NCBI RefSeq assembly: GCF_006345805.1
Contig: NW_021833595.1
Span: forward strand, 1-56,772
Origin: Octopus sinensis
Taxonomy: Eukaryota
DNA length: 56,772 nt
Reading direction: 5' to 3'
Positions 33,830-47,232 of this stretch are shown here, piece after piece (the stretch's first letter is position 1; each line of letters starts with the position of its first letter). Position numbers and translations under genes: made by a program. Under the pieces are notes generated by a model, which saw only the letters and a program-made list of their open reading frames with translations, had not been told where the DNA came from and searched no databases.

Positions 33830-34330
33830 CAAATGTTAACATTTTTGCAAGAAATCTGATTCTCTATATTTTTTGGCGTAATTTCGCTTTTATAGATTTT
33901 AATAACTAGGAACGGGTGTACCTTTCCTAGCAGGAATGGGTTGTAGGTAATAAACATATCATTGAATATAGTTGCAATTTTGTTTATAAGTGACTTTGAA
34001 CCGTACTTAATCAGCTCTGCATTGGTTTGATCCAGCGGGTGGTATTTCTTAAGTTTGCTAGCAGCTTGGGCGACCTTCTCCACCGTAATAGCCCTGTCAA
34101 GGTCTACGGCTGTGCAAGTAAAAATAGAATGTTCTTGGTAATTAAATTGAATTGATTTTCAAAATGATCGGCTATTAGTTCGGTTTGAACAGTGGGGTCA
34201 TAAATAATTTTTCCCGTGTCATCGATGAGTTGGAGTTTGCTGTGTTTGCTTCTTTTAAGTAGTCATATGCCCCAAGAATATAATCGATTTGGTGAGTCAT
34301 AAGTAGGGTAGCAACAAAGTTGACCTAACA
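33830..34330 (-). pseudogene. RTE-like LINE remnant
   Basis: ITVEKVAQAASKLKK...DQTNAELIKYG resembles the pre-RT A.G.D.I.AELLK region. Confidence 0.5.
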
Positions 34331-34371
34331 AAATCAAAAATTGATCTCCATGAAGTCAACAAAATCATTTT

Positions 34372-35190
34372 TATTTTTGATGATATAAAATGTCAATTCC
34401 AGAAAAATGTTAACTGAGGTCAATAAGGAGAAGAACTGATGGCGATCCTGTTTCCCCTCACTATTTTGTTGACTTTTTTGATGATATAAAATGTCAATTC
34501 CAGAAAAATGTTAACTAAGATCAATAAGAAGAACTGATGGCGATCCTGTTTCCCCTCACTATTGCTTGGGACACGTTCTGGAGGAGCCATCTCGTCTCCA
34601 GAGGATTGTGTGTTCTCAAGGTCTTGAGACGTCCAATACACTTGAGGAAGCACAACGACTCCTTCCAAATAGATCCCAGGGTTTCGACAGCAACCGGCCG
34701 GAAAACGTAACGATCGGTGAGCCCATCATATTTCTTCTTCTTGATGTCCTCTGCTTTATCCGCAGCTGTGCCGGCATTGCAGGCACTTTCCAACATGTTT
34801 GTCTTGGACAAGGAGTCGGAACATGTTGAATCCCATACGAGAGGCTTTCCCTCCAAAAACGGAAAGATAGTCATCCCGTCTGGGCGTTTTCCATCTCCTC
34901 GGTCCAATCCAGGTGGTTCCAGCACTGATGGGAATCCGATTGAATCGAGAGCTCTTCTTATAACGTCGTTGAGAGCTGAATGCCTCGGGAATCTACCAGC
35001 GCTTTTTCGACAGGAAAGAGGGTGAAGTCCAAATTGATCAATCGATGCACCACAGCGGCATTTGTGTGGTTCACAAACTTTGAGACCGATACGTAGACAG
35101 ATACCAACTCGCAGTGTGTCAGAATCCAAGAGAGTCCCCAAGCTTCCGATCGGGAAGGCTTCCAAAAAAGAGGAAAGTTCACCAAAATGT
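34372..35190 (-). mobile_element. 5'-truncated CRE-clade RLE copy with a tandem ~90-bp duplicate of its 3' end
   Basis: CRCG...HPLSCRKSAGRFPRH...RPDG...VWDSTC...AIVRGN; the 3' end 34474-34563 is repeated at 34375-34463. Confidence 0.9.
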
Positions 35191-35773
35191 AGACCTAAAA
35201 AGAAGTTTTTCAGACAATTTTTAGGCAATAATTTTTTCTAGAAACATGAATTATATAGAATCACATAATATTTAACGTTTTTAGTTTCAAAATTCCGGTC
35301 TTTGTTCAATTTTTTTACGAACTGAAAACGAGCGCTCTACGGAACACGTAGTTGCCTGACACTGGAGTAAATGAAACTTTTTCAAATGCAAAAAAATTCC
35401 ATCTCCGTTAATAATTTTACAAATTTCATTCGTGTTCAATCTCTTCTCGATGTATTCATTTATTTTACATGCATCTTCTTTTAAATCGATTTCTCAGAAA
35501 ATTGTAAGCATTTTGGATAGAAAAGTTCCCTGACTCAATTTCACTAAGAACATCGACGAATGAGGGTAATCAAAATTTATTGGGAAATTCTTGGATAATT
35601 CTCGAGGCCATTGCTTATCCCGAGGACTTCTCGTCTTTTCGCAATCAGTTGCCCATTCTATTCTACAAAAAAAGAATTCTGATAAAGTAAACCCATGAGA
35701 TTATTTCGAATCGTCCATACGGATTGATAACCGAGGAAAAGAATCCATTCTGCCCTCTCTGGGTGGTCTAAGA

Positions 35774-38100
35774 CAGGGGTCGGCAAAAGCAGGCTCGCGA
35801 GCCTTTGAAGGCTCTTTAACTCTTACGGTAGGCTCTTTCAATTTTTAACTATTTTTTTGGTTTTGTTAATAACAAAAAATCTTTGCACGTTTAACATTTA
35901 TTTTTTGTGGTACATCGATTTATGCCTAGCAATAAAAAAATTAATTAAAACATCGATATATCGCGACATATTCAATCAAAATGAACTGAAACTTTTTCAT
36001 TCACGTCTAATTCAGAACAACTACCGAAATGTCTCATTTGCCAGGAAACTTTGAATCAAAATAAAAAGTCAAATTTAAAGAGACACTTTAATACAAAACA
36101 CTCAAATTTCGCAAAAAAATATCCAATTGGTGATTCCCGAAAGAAAGCTGTAGAAGAACTTGCAAAGAATAATCAGATTGAGAATTCCGCTTTTAAATAT
36201 TGGTATCATAATGCCAGGACTGCAAATATTGCCAGTTTTTTGATAAACCACGAGATCGCAAAAAGGGGAAACCATTTACCGATGGCGAATTTATAAAGGC
36301 ATGTTTCATTAAAACCTCTGAAGAACTTTTTCACGATTTTTCAAATAAGGCAGAAATCGTGAATAAGATAATGAATATACCTTTATCTGCGAAAATAGTA
36401 GCCGACAGGACTTTTAAGATGTCTTCGAATGTATCTGTTTAACAAGTTTCTGACATGAAATTGTCTAATTCAATTTCAATAGCAATAGATGAATCATGTG
36501 ATATAAATGACATTTCACAAGTATCATTGTTCATGTCATACTTAGGTGTCTCTGTCTGTTCGTTATGTGTTTCGAGGTTTCCTGAGGCAAGAACTTTTGG
36601 CATTATTGCCTCTAAAGGGTCAAACCCGTGGTGAAGATCTTGTTGGCGCAGTCGTAGAATATTTTGAAACAAATTATATTCCTCTTAATAAAATCGTTTC
36701 AATTTCAACTGACGGTGCTGCAAGCATGCTGGGATCGAGAAAGGGATTTATAACTTTAATTAAAAGGAGAATTGATCATGAAGTGATTACTCTACATTGT
36801 ATTATCCACCAAGAAGTACTACCTGCGCAAACATTTCCGAAGGAAATTTTAGAAGTGATGGAATTGGTCATAAAGATTACTAACTTCATTATATCAAGAG
36901 TAATATATTATTTATTATATATTTAAGGGACTTGATCATCGGCTATTTAAAGAGTTGTTAAACGAAACCAACAACGAGTATATTGATCTACTTCAATACA
37001 ACAAAGTTCGCTGGCTTTCGAGAGGGAACGTTTTCAATCGGTTTGCTTCTTGTATGGAAGAAGTCAAACTTTTTTTAAATGAGAAAAAAATTCATTATGA
37101 CGAATTAAGTGATGACCAATGGCTGCAGAAATTCTATTTTATGGTTGACATAACATCAGAATTAAACAAACTTAATTCAAAATTGCAAAGGAGTGGAAAT
37201 ATTGCATTTTTCATGTATGAGGAAGTGATATTATTAGAAAAAAAATTAATTCTGTTTGAAGAGGATATAGAACAAAATATTTTACATTTTCCTAAATTAC
37301 GCCAATATTTGAAAGAAAATGATCGAACTATAAATAAAACTTATTTTAAAAATGCTCTTTTGTATATGAAGGAATCTTTCAATGACAGGTTAAAAATGAA
37401 TGTTTAAATATAAAAAGGTTTAAGGATTTTAGAAAAGAAAAAGCAACACTATCGTTCGTTATAAACCCTCTACGTGCTAAAGTCAGCAATTTAAATTTAT
37501 TGCCATTTGAGATCAACGCAGCTGAGTTCGAAATGCAGCTATTGGACTTGACATGTAAGGAACTATGGGCATCAAAATTTATTCGCCTTTCAGAATTACT
37601 TGAAACAGAAACATTGTCTGGTAAAATTAAAAATGATATTAATGTTATACAAAAGAAACCTGAAGATGTGATTTTCGAAACTTGGAATTCTCTTCCAGAT
37701 TCTTATTATGAATTAAAAAAATTTGCATACGGAATTTTGACAATATTCGGGTCCACATGTGTGAACAAAGTTTTTCTCATATAAATTATATATATAATCG
37801 AAATTAAGGAACAAAATTACAGATTCGAATTTGGAATCTAACCTCAGATTAAAATTAACGACTTACGACCCAGGCATTAGCCAACTCACCAAAGAAATGA
37901 GGAATCAGATTTCTCATTAATGAGTCTAATTAATTTTATTTTTTAAATGAATTCTTAATTATTTTTTAAATGAATGTCTAATTCATTATATGAATTTGAA
38001 TTTTTTATTTGGACAAGTGGTAAAAGGAGGCTCTTCAATTTTTTGAAATTTACAAAAATGTTTAAAATTGGCACTTTTCAAAAGTATTTGCCGACCCCTG
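35774..38100 (+). mobile_element. hAT (Charlie/SPIN-like) transposon whose transposase has three tiny introns
   Basis: TIR caggggtcggcaaa / tttgccgacccctg; 8-bp TSD gtctaaga. Introns 36521-36545, 36900-36927 and 37389-37417 join IDESCDINDISQ|VSLSVRYV, NFIISR|GLDHRLF and FNDR|FKDF in frame. Scattered stops and frameshifts elsewhere. Confidence 0.93.
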
Positions 38101-38543
38101 GTCTAAGAGAAAAAAGTGTTCAGAGTCGATGGACAAATCTAAAAATTCAATATTATATTAATAAAATTATGAATTCCATCTTTTAACAATATATTTAAAT
38201 CGGATATACAGCAACATAAGAGATGCTAACTTCCGATAGAGATTATCATTTTTCCTATAGCTAAAGAGACCGAGTGGACAATTCGGAGAACTAACTTAAA
38301 TTCGTTATTACAAAAGTTTTGAGAAAAGCTCTTAGTTTACCCTTCTTCAGTTCTTCAACTTTCGCTTAATGCGGATTTATGTGTGAACACACAGAAGAAT
38401 CGGCTAAAACCATTCCTCCTGATTGGTGGATAGAAATAACTCTGCTATTAGCCTGTCAAGATTCCCCCTGATTAGAACTAGCGCACAAATGAAACATTAA
38501 AATTAGGTCATTTACTAAAATTATTATAGCACATCCCGTAATA

Positions 38544-39770
38544 CAGTCCCGTCCAAATGTTAGAGGCACCTTATTTTTTCCCTAAAAAGGCACTTATTTA
38601 TTAATTTTCGAAAGATTTTAAAGAATAAATTAGGTTTTTAAAGGAAATTAAACATTTCCAAAGTTTTTATAAATATTCGACCGATAGTATTCTCAAACTT
38701 GAAAACAAAAAATAATTGGTCGCTCATATGTTAGAGGCACTTATGTAAAAAGCAATAATTCTATAATTTATTATTATTAATTCTAATAAAAAATTCAAAT
38801 GCCTCGTGCATCAGCTTATAACAGGTTTCTCGTCATCGAAAAATTAAAATGTGGCGAATCTCAGGTGAAAATATCCAAAGATTTGGGAATCTCTCGTTGT
38901 GCCATTCAAAAAATTAAAAAGCGATTTTTACACGGATATTTATATAACGATATGCCAAAAAAGGGAAGGAACAAAAAATTAACCAAAAATGATGAACGCT
39001 ATCTTATCAGAATGTCAAAATTACACCCAAAAATAACCGCCAACGATCTTCTTATATGCTGTAACTTTTCCGGAAAAGTGATTCTTTCGACAATTAAACG
39101 AATTTTGAGACGCAACAATTTATTCGGACGCATTGCAGTGAAAAAACCAAAATTGACTGCATCTCAGGTTGATAAAAGATATACATGGTGTCTTACTAAA
39201 ATTCCGTGGAATCAAGACGACTGGAATTTAGTGATATTTTTTGATGAATGCCGGATTCAGTTAAATCAGATGTCTAGGCAATATATAAGAAGACCCCCTG
39301 GATCAAAATTACAGAAAGAATATTCAATTGAAACTGTGAAATTCCCTTTATCAATTACGATATGGGGAGCATTTAAAAGCAATGGGCAAAGATCAATTGT
39401 CCCTTGCTGAAAAACAGTCGACTCCGCCGAATATCAACGCGTTATAAAAGAAGGATTTGAAAATTTTTATGAAGAAAATTATTTTCTTCAACAAGATGGA
39501 GCAACATGTCATACATCAAAATCCACTAGAGCGTTTATGGCCGAAAACAACATAAAACTCATGGAAAAATGGCCAAGTCAATCTCCTGACTTAAATATAA
39601 TTGAAAATCTATGGGCAATTTTAAAAAAAGAAGTTAAAAAATGTGGAGCATCAACGATTCAAGAATTATGGAATGAAACAAAGAAGATTTTTTATTCAAT
39701 AGTTTGTTATTAACAAAAAACTTTTTCCAAAAAATTACAAACAAGTGCCTTTTTTAGGAAAAAAATGTCT
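38544..39770 (+). mobile_element. Tc1-like element (DD35E spacing) with one in-frame TGA at 39408-39410 and a truncated right end
   Basis: TA|cagtcccgtccaaatgttagaggcac start with the atgttagaggcac DR repeated at ~38728; paired/HTH N-terminus, FFDE, QQDGATCH, WPSQSPDLNIIEN. I count 35 residues between the second D and E. Confidence 0.88.
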
Positions 39771-40464
39771 CAACGTAATTAAAAATCAGTCCATTGTGCG
39801 CAACTCAGTATTGAGGATGATATTTATGTATCTTTTTTATCAAAGGATCCATAAATAAAAAGATAATATTTGATAAAAAAACACTATCCAGCTGAATAAT
39901 TTTTTACCCTATTTTTTTAAAATCGATAAAGAGTACGCCAAAAATTGTCCAATTTGGCATTTCTTCGACACTTTCTGAATTTGTGACTGATTTGTTTGTC
40001 ACCATAGACTTGTTTTAGTAAAGAACTGTGAATGCTTCTAGTCTGTCTTTTTTATTTTCGAAAAGCTGTTCGTCAATAACTAACAGCTTTTCAATTAACG
40101 CGTATGAAAAGTAGAATAAAATAAAACTACATTTCGACACGATTTTTTTCAGTACTTAATTAAATTTTTCTTCTTCATCTGATACTAAATCATAAAAGTG
40201 TTTAGATTGAGAGCTCTCCACTTATAGAAGCATCCCATCAATGTAAAAGACAGGAAAGTAGTATTTTTCTTGATTACTAGTCCGAAGAGTCGACTTATGT
40301 TGGTTTGGTAAGTAAATATTAGACTGTGGTCTACATGTAAATACAATAATGTCGAATATCTTAATTGATATAGCCGGAGTACTTTTTGGGCTGCTGTATA
40401 CTTTATTATTTGACAATGATTGACATGAGGAAAAAAGATATACAAACAGTTAATTAAATTAATT

Positions 40465-40572
40465 ATCGCAACTAATAATTTGAAAATCAAAATTCGCCAG
40501 TGGCTGCACCGCGAATAGCAAGCGAGTTACCTCGCAAGATTACTATCGATAGCCTCTTGTACAACCAGCTGA
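40465..40572 (-). mobile_element. Very short CRE-RLE 3' end (same subfamily as 42500-42868)
   Basis: SWLYKRLSIVILRGNSLAIRGAA; shares the 3' UTR ending agttgcgata. Confidence 0.75.
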
Positions 40573-40744
40573 TTAATGATTAACATTGATTTCAGCTTCA
40601 TAGTTTCAACTCCAGCTCGGTTTTAATCTTAGCTCGTGGCATAAAGTTTATTTATAATTCTAATAAAAAGAAATCCTTAAAGAAATTTGGTAAAATCTTG
40701 GATTAATTCGCTTCTATCGTCAGAAAAAATTTTCGCATAATTGT

Positions 40745-41075
40745 ATAATTTTTTTTTAATTTATTTTTAATGAAATGAAATCGGAAACTAGTAGAGCTAT
40801 ATCGGACCTTGGGGTCATTCCGACGAAAACGCATTGCGGATCGAGAGGCAGATCCCGCGTAGAATAGAGACCGAGACGCGCTGGAAAAGCCAACTCGCCT
40901 CCCTCCGGTCATGGGTCTTTCAGACAATTTTATCGCCGAGAATACGCAACAACCTCTCGGGCTCCTTATCGACCACGTCAGTGGTCTCAAAAGCAAGAGG
41001 GACGAACTTTTAAGCGTCAGAAAGGAGTACGTATTTTGACCTCTTCCTCTCCTCCGCAAGTGCCCAAGCGTATCC
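40745..41075 (-). mobile_element. 5'-truncated CRE-RLE copy
   Basis: AEERKRSKY...FVPLAFETT...DRREASWLFQRVSVSILRG with a T-rich tail; abuts the Tc1 PMLNSIEN motif. Confidence 0.8.
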
Positions 41076-42245
41076 ATTTTCAATAGAATTGAGCATGGGA
41101 GTATATGGCGCCAATTGAAGAATTTGATGCATTGTGAACTCTTATTCACGAAGGATTTCTTTCAGTCGTGAATGGCATGGGGCATTGTCAATTATAACTA
41201 CGGCCCTGGAGTTGTTTATTTCATAGGCCTTGCGAAGACAGTTCCTGGCAAACTCTTTTGCACATCAGACTTAAAAGAGCATTGTTGTATTTCATAATGA
41301 ATAAGCCCATGTACTTAAATAGCTCCAATTACATGGATATTTGGACCTTTTGAAGTCGATGCAATAGACGATGCACGTGATCTAACTTTTGACCAATCTT
41401 TTGAGTAATTAATTAATTTATTTTTTGAACGACGAATATACAAGTTGAAATTTGTTTCATCAGCAAACAATATTGTTCGAAACTCTCCTTGATATTCAAG
41501 AAGTTTTCTCGCAAATTCCGCTCTTTGTAATTTGACCTCTGTACAATTGGCTCTCTGAGGTTTCATTCGACAGTTTTTCACTGTGTAAAGCATACCATGT
41601 ATATGTAAACCGTAACGTTCTAACAATTTTCAGACAATTCTTTCATTTCGGATCCAATAATAGCCTGTCAAGCTTTTTACAGCCAAAGTTTTCGCTAAAC
41701 TTTTTCAATCCCCTCCACATTCATATACGACACAAATTTGCTTTCTTTTTTCCAAAGCCTGTGATCCATCAAAAAATTTGATTAAATGCAGCATATTTCA
41801 TAATAAAGCAGCAAATTCAATGTTGACTTTAAAATTAAGTTCAATTTTGACTTTGAAATTATAAATTACGCCAATTATAAAATTGAACTTGACAATTATA
41901 AAACTGAAGTTGTAAATTATAAAATTGAACTTGGCGATTATAAAACTGAAGTTTTCAATTATAAATAAAATTAAACTTGCCAATTATGAAATTGGGCCTG
42001 TAAATTATAAAATTGAAGTTGTTGTGGTATAATACTCGGACTGATATTTATCCAATATTTAGAAAACAGCATGTCTTTTAACTTTGATAGTGTCAATAAT
42101 GGATTATTATCGACCAAACCAAGAATGTATTGCTTGTGTAAATCATTCAATTTGGAAGAATAATCTCCACCACGAGGTTTTGCTCTCAATATTTTCAGAT
42201 TTTCTCCATTGACAAAGTATTTGCCTTATGGAGGATTGAGCCATA
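41076..42245 (-). pseudogene. Tc1/IS630-like transposase remnant interrupted by a ~400-bp insert containing a 21-bp minisatellite
   Basis: PRGG...LTLSKLKD, ILFADETNFNL, VIIDNAPCH, APYTPMLNSIEN; aattataaaa.tgaa.ttg repeats at 41850-42020. Confidence 0.75.
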
Positions 42246-42499
42246 TTAAGATAGTCACTTATTTCTTTGTTAGATTTTCCATTACTTGAATGTTCAACAA
42301 TTGGTTTTTTGTTTGAAAAAGATATAGTATTTTTTTGTCCATATATAGCTTTAACTCAAACACAGAATTCTCCGAAAAACGTTAGTTCTTGCTTATATGC
42401 GAGAATTAACACTGATGTTTGGTGCCTTAACACTAATGCTGATGCATTAACACTAATCTTTGGTGCTTTAACACTAATGCTTGATGCATTAACACTAAT

Positions 42500-42868
42500 C
42501 CTGCCTCGTTTAAGATGTGACCTGTGCGGACACCTTTGCACCGGGAACCGTTACTCAGTCTGCGTCATGTCCTGACTTCGCGTCTCGCCGGGCCGAGGAA
42601 AACAAATGGAGGCAATACCCGTCGCTTCCTGACGCTTACCACTTTGTCCCAATCGCTGTGGAGACGAGCGGCGTGATTAAGCCCGAGGAGATGAGGATTC
42701 TTTCGTCGATCGGGAAGCTCATTGGAAATAAGACAAATAACTCCCGGGAAACCAGCTGGCTGTCGATAGCAATCTTGCGAGGTAACTCGCTTGATATCCG
42801 CGGTGCGGGAATCCTGATTTTCAAACTATCAGTTGCGATAAAAAAAAGCTAATAAACTTCATTTTTAC
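42500..42868 (+). mobile_element. 5'-truncated CRE-RLE copy inserted in a 21-bp minisatellite
   Basis: DVTCADTF...FVPIAVETSG...RETSWLSIAILRGN; TSD acactaat (42492-42499, 42869-42876); flanking ttaacactaatgcttgatgca repeats. Confidence 0.85.
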
Positions 42869-42949
42869 ACACTAATGCTTGATGCGTTAACACCAATGCT
42901 TGTGCTTTCAACGTTAAAACTTTGAAAACCTTATAAAATTATTGAGTTA

Positions 42950-43165
42950 TGGCCAATTAATTTATGGTATACAAAATTTATACAATGCTGATGAAACCGG
43001 GATATTTTATAAATTTGTGTGCAAAAAACCTAACCCTGAATATATATTACTTTAGGATAGTTTTCCTTGTTACTTTGCACAAATTACACTGGACTGAGAA
43101 AATGAAGCCTCTTATGATTGGGAGATATAAAACTTCTAGATGTTTAAAGTTTAAAGAACTTTGAG
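42950..43165 (+). pseudogene. pogo/Tigger-like fragment
   Basis: IYNADETGIFYK and EKMKPLMIGRYKTSRCLK. Confidence 0.6.
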
Positions 43166-43649
43166 ACAACTCCATCTCATGTCAAGACAAATGGAATAAT
43201 CTTTGCTTTTGCTTCATACAGAACCGACAATTCGCTTGCAAACAGGTTGTATTTGTAAAATTTCTCTACTTCAACTGGCTTTAAACGATCTTGTGAGATA
43301 ATGCCCACTTCGATTAAATTTATTTCTTTTTTCCTCTTGTCAGACACAAAATGTCAGGTTTTTTGAATTGTACTTTCATTTTAATCATAATTAACGTTTC
43401 AACTCTGATTTCGACACGTTGGGTCCACATTATTGACATATCCTAATATCTTTTCAATTTCCTGCTTTTTCTAATTCCATACATTCGACCAAAGTGAAGA
43501 TGGATAAACTTAATCACTTCATTATGTCTTGGGAAAAAATCAGAACGCTCAAATCATTTGTGTTGAACTTGTAAGCTTTTTCGACTTAAATTCAACTATG
43601 GAAAATGCGAAATTGCGAATGTAAACACTTTCTTACTTTTAGGCAAAAT

Positions 43650-43780
43650 TTTATCGATCCCACGACACACGCACATACTCAGACTGTAGAGAGGATGTAT
43701 GGAAATGCAAAAAGGCGCATTAAAGTACAGAAAGGCACCGCGCGCCACTTTATGGGATCATACTTTGATTCTAGAAACAA
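43650..43780 (+). pseudogene. Merlin/IS1595-like transposase fragment
   Basis: FIDPTTHAHTQTVERMYGNAKRR resembles the F.DP.TG.HTN.IE..W...K motif. Confidence 0.55.
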
Positions 43781-45096
43781 TTAAAATAAACTTTTAAGAA
43801 TTTCCTTGAAGAAGACATGTAAGCAGGTTGAACAACGCATTTTACGAGCTCCTGTTATTTTTTCTCGCTAAATTATACCGTAATAACATATATAAACTAT
43901 AAATAACAGATTAATTAGATGCAAATTCAAGCATTTAAAAAATGAATCACTCACTAGGTTGCAACATTTGAAACATTTATTAAATTATTTTGATAATGAA
44001 ATTATTTAAATCTGTATGGTACCTATAACCACTTATACGAATTAATTAACAAAAAAATTCATTAATTTAATTCAGCACTAAAAAGTGCCATGTAGTTAAC
44101 CTAACAATACCAGTTTTTTAAATAAAGAACAAATAATTTTTTTAATCCACACATCTACGATGCTAAAAAGCTTGACGAGTGACGTCGTCATCAATGAACA
44201 CTCACTGCGGAACCGGAGCGTCTATCTTGGATCCAAAGGACACGAAAAAAGAAAAAAAAAGTAAAGATAATTCCTTGGCTCTATCTACCTATAGTTAAAA
44301 ATTAATTAACTTATTTTGACTTAAAAATAAAAGTGTGTGTCCTGCCTATGAAAGTCATAAAGTACTATGGCTCCGTGAAAAAGGCTCTATTATTATGAAA
44401 AAAGGATACTAAATGGAATAATTTCAAGCTTATTCCGAATTGATTTTCTATGACCACCTCTTCAGAACTGTTGTGGCTTTATCTGCTACAGATCTTAGAT
44501 TTTTCACATCCTTATACTCTAAATCAATGTAATCAGCGTATATTAGCTCCACAAAATCGTTATTTAAATTAGTGGTTCTTAGCTTTTTCACTTGTCGCCT
44601 TTTTAGAACTTTCATCACCCAACCAAATATTTCACCGCCCCAAAATGTTTGTTGTGACGTATTAATATAAAAATTTATAAAAATTCGATTAATAGCTAAT
44701 TTTTTTCATAAAGAAATAAAAAGCGAAAAAAATTTGCAAAAATTAATTTAACTAATGTGCTTCTTGAAACTGATGTTTGTTTGATAGAGCTTCAGAATCT
44801 GCTTTTATATTTGTCAGATTGAGATTGAGTCGAATATCTCCACGATCACATATATTTAACGTGTTTATCTCCATAGTTAGAATATGCTTTAATTGGCTAA
44901 ATCTTTTTTCGACCAAATAGGAAGAAGGAAAACAATAATATCGGAGTTTTTTTATTTCAAAGACTAGAACTAGGAAATTTGCTAATAATAATTCTGTGGT
45001 ATCAGTTTCTAATTTTCTCAAAAATAAAAGCTCTTCTTGGATAACCGATGCTTCAAAATGTCTATTGTAACCTTTAAGTAATTAATTGTACTGACA

Positions 45097-47232
45097 TCTT
45101 AATAATAAAATGGTATGGTGTGTGTCTGTCTGTCTGTCTGTGTGTGCACATCAACTTCAAATTGGCAATACGATGTCCTCGACTTACATGATGAGGTCCT
45201 TAAAACCTTCCCCCAAAAAAATTAAAAAAAATTTTTCTGCGTTTTGGTCAAAATGAACAACTACGATGTCCTCGACTTACATGATGAGTCCTTAAAACCT
45301 TCCCCCCCAAAAAAATTAAAAAAAATTTTCTGCATTTTGGTTAAAATGAACAACTACAATGTCCTCGACTTACATGATGAAGTCCTTAAAACCTTCCCCC
45401 CCAAAAAATTAAAAAAAAATTTTCTGCATTTTGGTTAAAATGAACCACTACAATGTCCTCGACTTACATGATGAAGTCCTTAAAACCTTCCCCCCCCAAA
45501 AAAATTAAAAAAAAATTTTCTGCATTTTGGTTAAAATGAACAACTACAATGTCCTCGACTTACATGATGAAGTCCTTAAAACCTTCCCCCCCAAAAAAAT
45601 TAAAAAAAAAATTTTCTGCATTTTGGTTAAAATGAACAATTACAATGTCCTCGACTTACATGATGAAGTCCTTAAAACCTTCCCCCCCAAAAAAATTAAA
45701 AAAAAATTTTCTGCATTTTGGTTAAAATGAACAACTACGATGTCCTCGACTTACATGATGAAGTCCTTAAAACCTTCCCCCCCAAAAAAATTAAAAAAAA
45801 ATTTTCTGCATTTTGGTTAAAATGAACAACTACGATGTCCTCGACTTACATGATGAAGTCCTTAAAACCTTCCCCCCAAAAAAATTAAAAAAAAATTTTC
45901 TTGCATTTTGGTTAAAATGAACAACTACAATGTCCTCGACTTACATGATGAAGTCCTTAAAACCTTCCCCCCCAAAAAAATTAAAAAAAAATTTTCTGCA
46001 TTTTGGTTAAAATGAACAACTACAATGTCCTCGACTTACATATGAAGTCCTTAAAACCTTCCTCCCCCCCAAAAAATCAAAAAATTATTTTCTGCATTTT
46101 GATTAAAATGAACAACGCGAATGTCCTCGACATTCATGATGAGGTCCATTAAAAACTTCAAGGCAAAAATCTCACGTATTAAGAATATCCTTGATGAAAA
46201 CGACAGCGAGAATATTAACAATGATGAACTCCCAATTATTCGCGATAAAGAAATTCAATTCATCCTATGTTTTTCTCTTTAAAATTAAATGCATATATCA
46301 TTATCGACCATGAATCAAAATTAAAGCTATTATCATATTTGACTTTGACAGAATGTGCAATCACAGATTGCACGACTTTGAATAGAGTGTGCAATTAACA
46401 GATTTTGAAAAACTACTTTGATAGTTGAAACCACATTAGCACAATCATTAACACAATTTACCACCAATTGACGCACGACCTTGAATAGAGTGTGCAATTA
46501 ACAGATTTTGAAATACACTTTGATAGTTGAAACCACATTAGCACAACCATTAACACAATTTACCACCAATTGACAGCGCAATCAGAAGAATTTGCGTAAA
46601 AATATTAACTATTTACTTGAGTTTTTCGTAAAGATAGAATTTATTTTCGGTATGCCTCTTTTCCTAAACTTTTTTATTATTCAAAAATAATTTTTAAATA
46701 GATAACCGAAGGAGGAAAAACGAAGCTGAAGAAAAAACGGTCAGCTTAATAAGGTAATTAATTAAATCTTTTTTGTGTGTGTCGCTTTCTTGCCTGCCGC
46801 ATTTCCGCCTGCCGCATCTCCCCCTGCCCCATTTCCGCCAGTAAAAAAAAAAAAGAAAAAAAAGGAAATTACAAAGGAAAAATGAAAAAATTAAATATAA
46901 AAAAAATAAACCACAAAAAATGAAAAAAAAAAGTTTGCAATGACAATAAACAAGGCCCAGGGACAGTCATTAAAGGTAGTTGGGTTATTTTTAGAGAGTG
47001 AGTGTTTTTCACATGGACAGCTGTATGTGGGATGTCGAGGGTAGGCAGAAGAGAAAATTTATTCATATATGCCAAGGAAGGACGGACGACAAACATCGTT
47101 TATCAACAGGCGATAGAATAGGGTTACATTAAACCAGGTAGTTTTATACATCTACATAAACTTATAGTTGTTTGATGAAACAGGCCCTCCGCAGGAGCTA
47201 GGTCGCGGTGAGCGAAGCGAGCTGCCGAGCTA
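45097..47232 (+). mobile_element. Non-autonomous Helitron copy 3 with ~11-unit satellite (45170-46150)
   Basis: A|TCTTAATAATAAAATGG start and ...gcgaagcgagctgccgagCTAG|T end; near-identical layout to copy 1 in the opposite orientation. Confidence 0.93.

Noticed and set aside
33790-33832. Signal-peptide-like N-terminus on the 865-aa RT ORF (secreted RT)
   Set aside because: The start is non-ATG in AT-rich flank next to an unrelated RTE relic; most likely fortuitous read-in to a 5'-truncated copy.
39408-39410. Stop-codon reassignment suggested by in-frame TGA here and at ~35982
   Set aside because: The stops fall at positions expecting different residues, Trp is TGG in the open ORFs, and the same elements show other decay.
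41398-41430. Possible tiny intron in the Tc1/IS630 relic
   Set aside because: An AT-rich in-frame insert is present, but no GT-AG pair restores the expected motif cleanly.
45170-46150. Hammerhead ribozyme in the satellite (atgatgaggtccttaaaac)
   Set aside because: It lacks the exact CTGANGA and GAAA cores and a pairing stem III; a helicase origin explains the sequence better.
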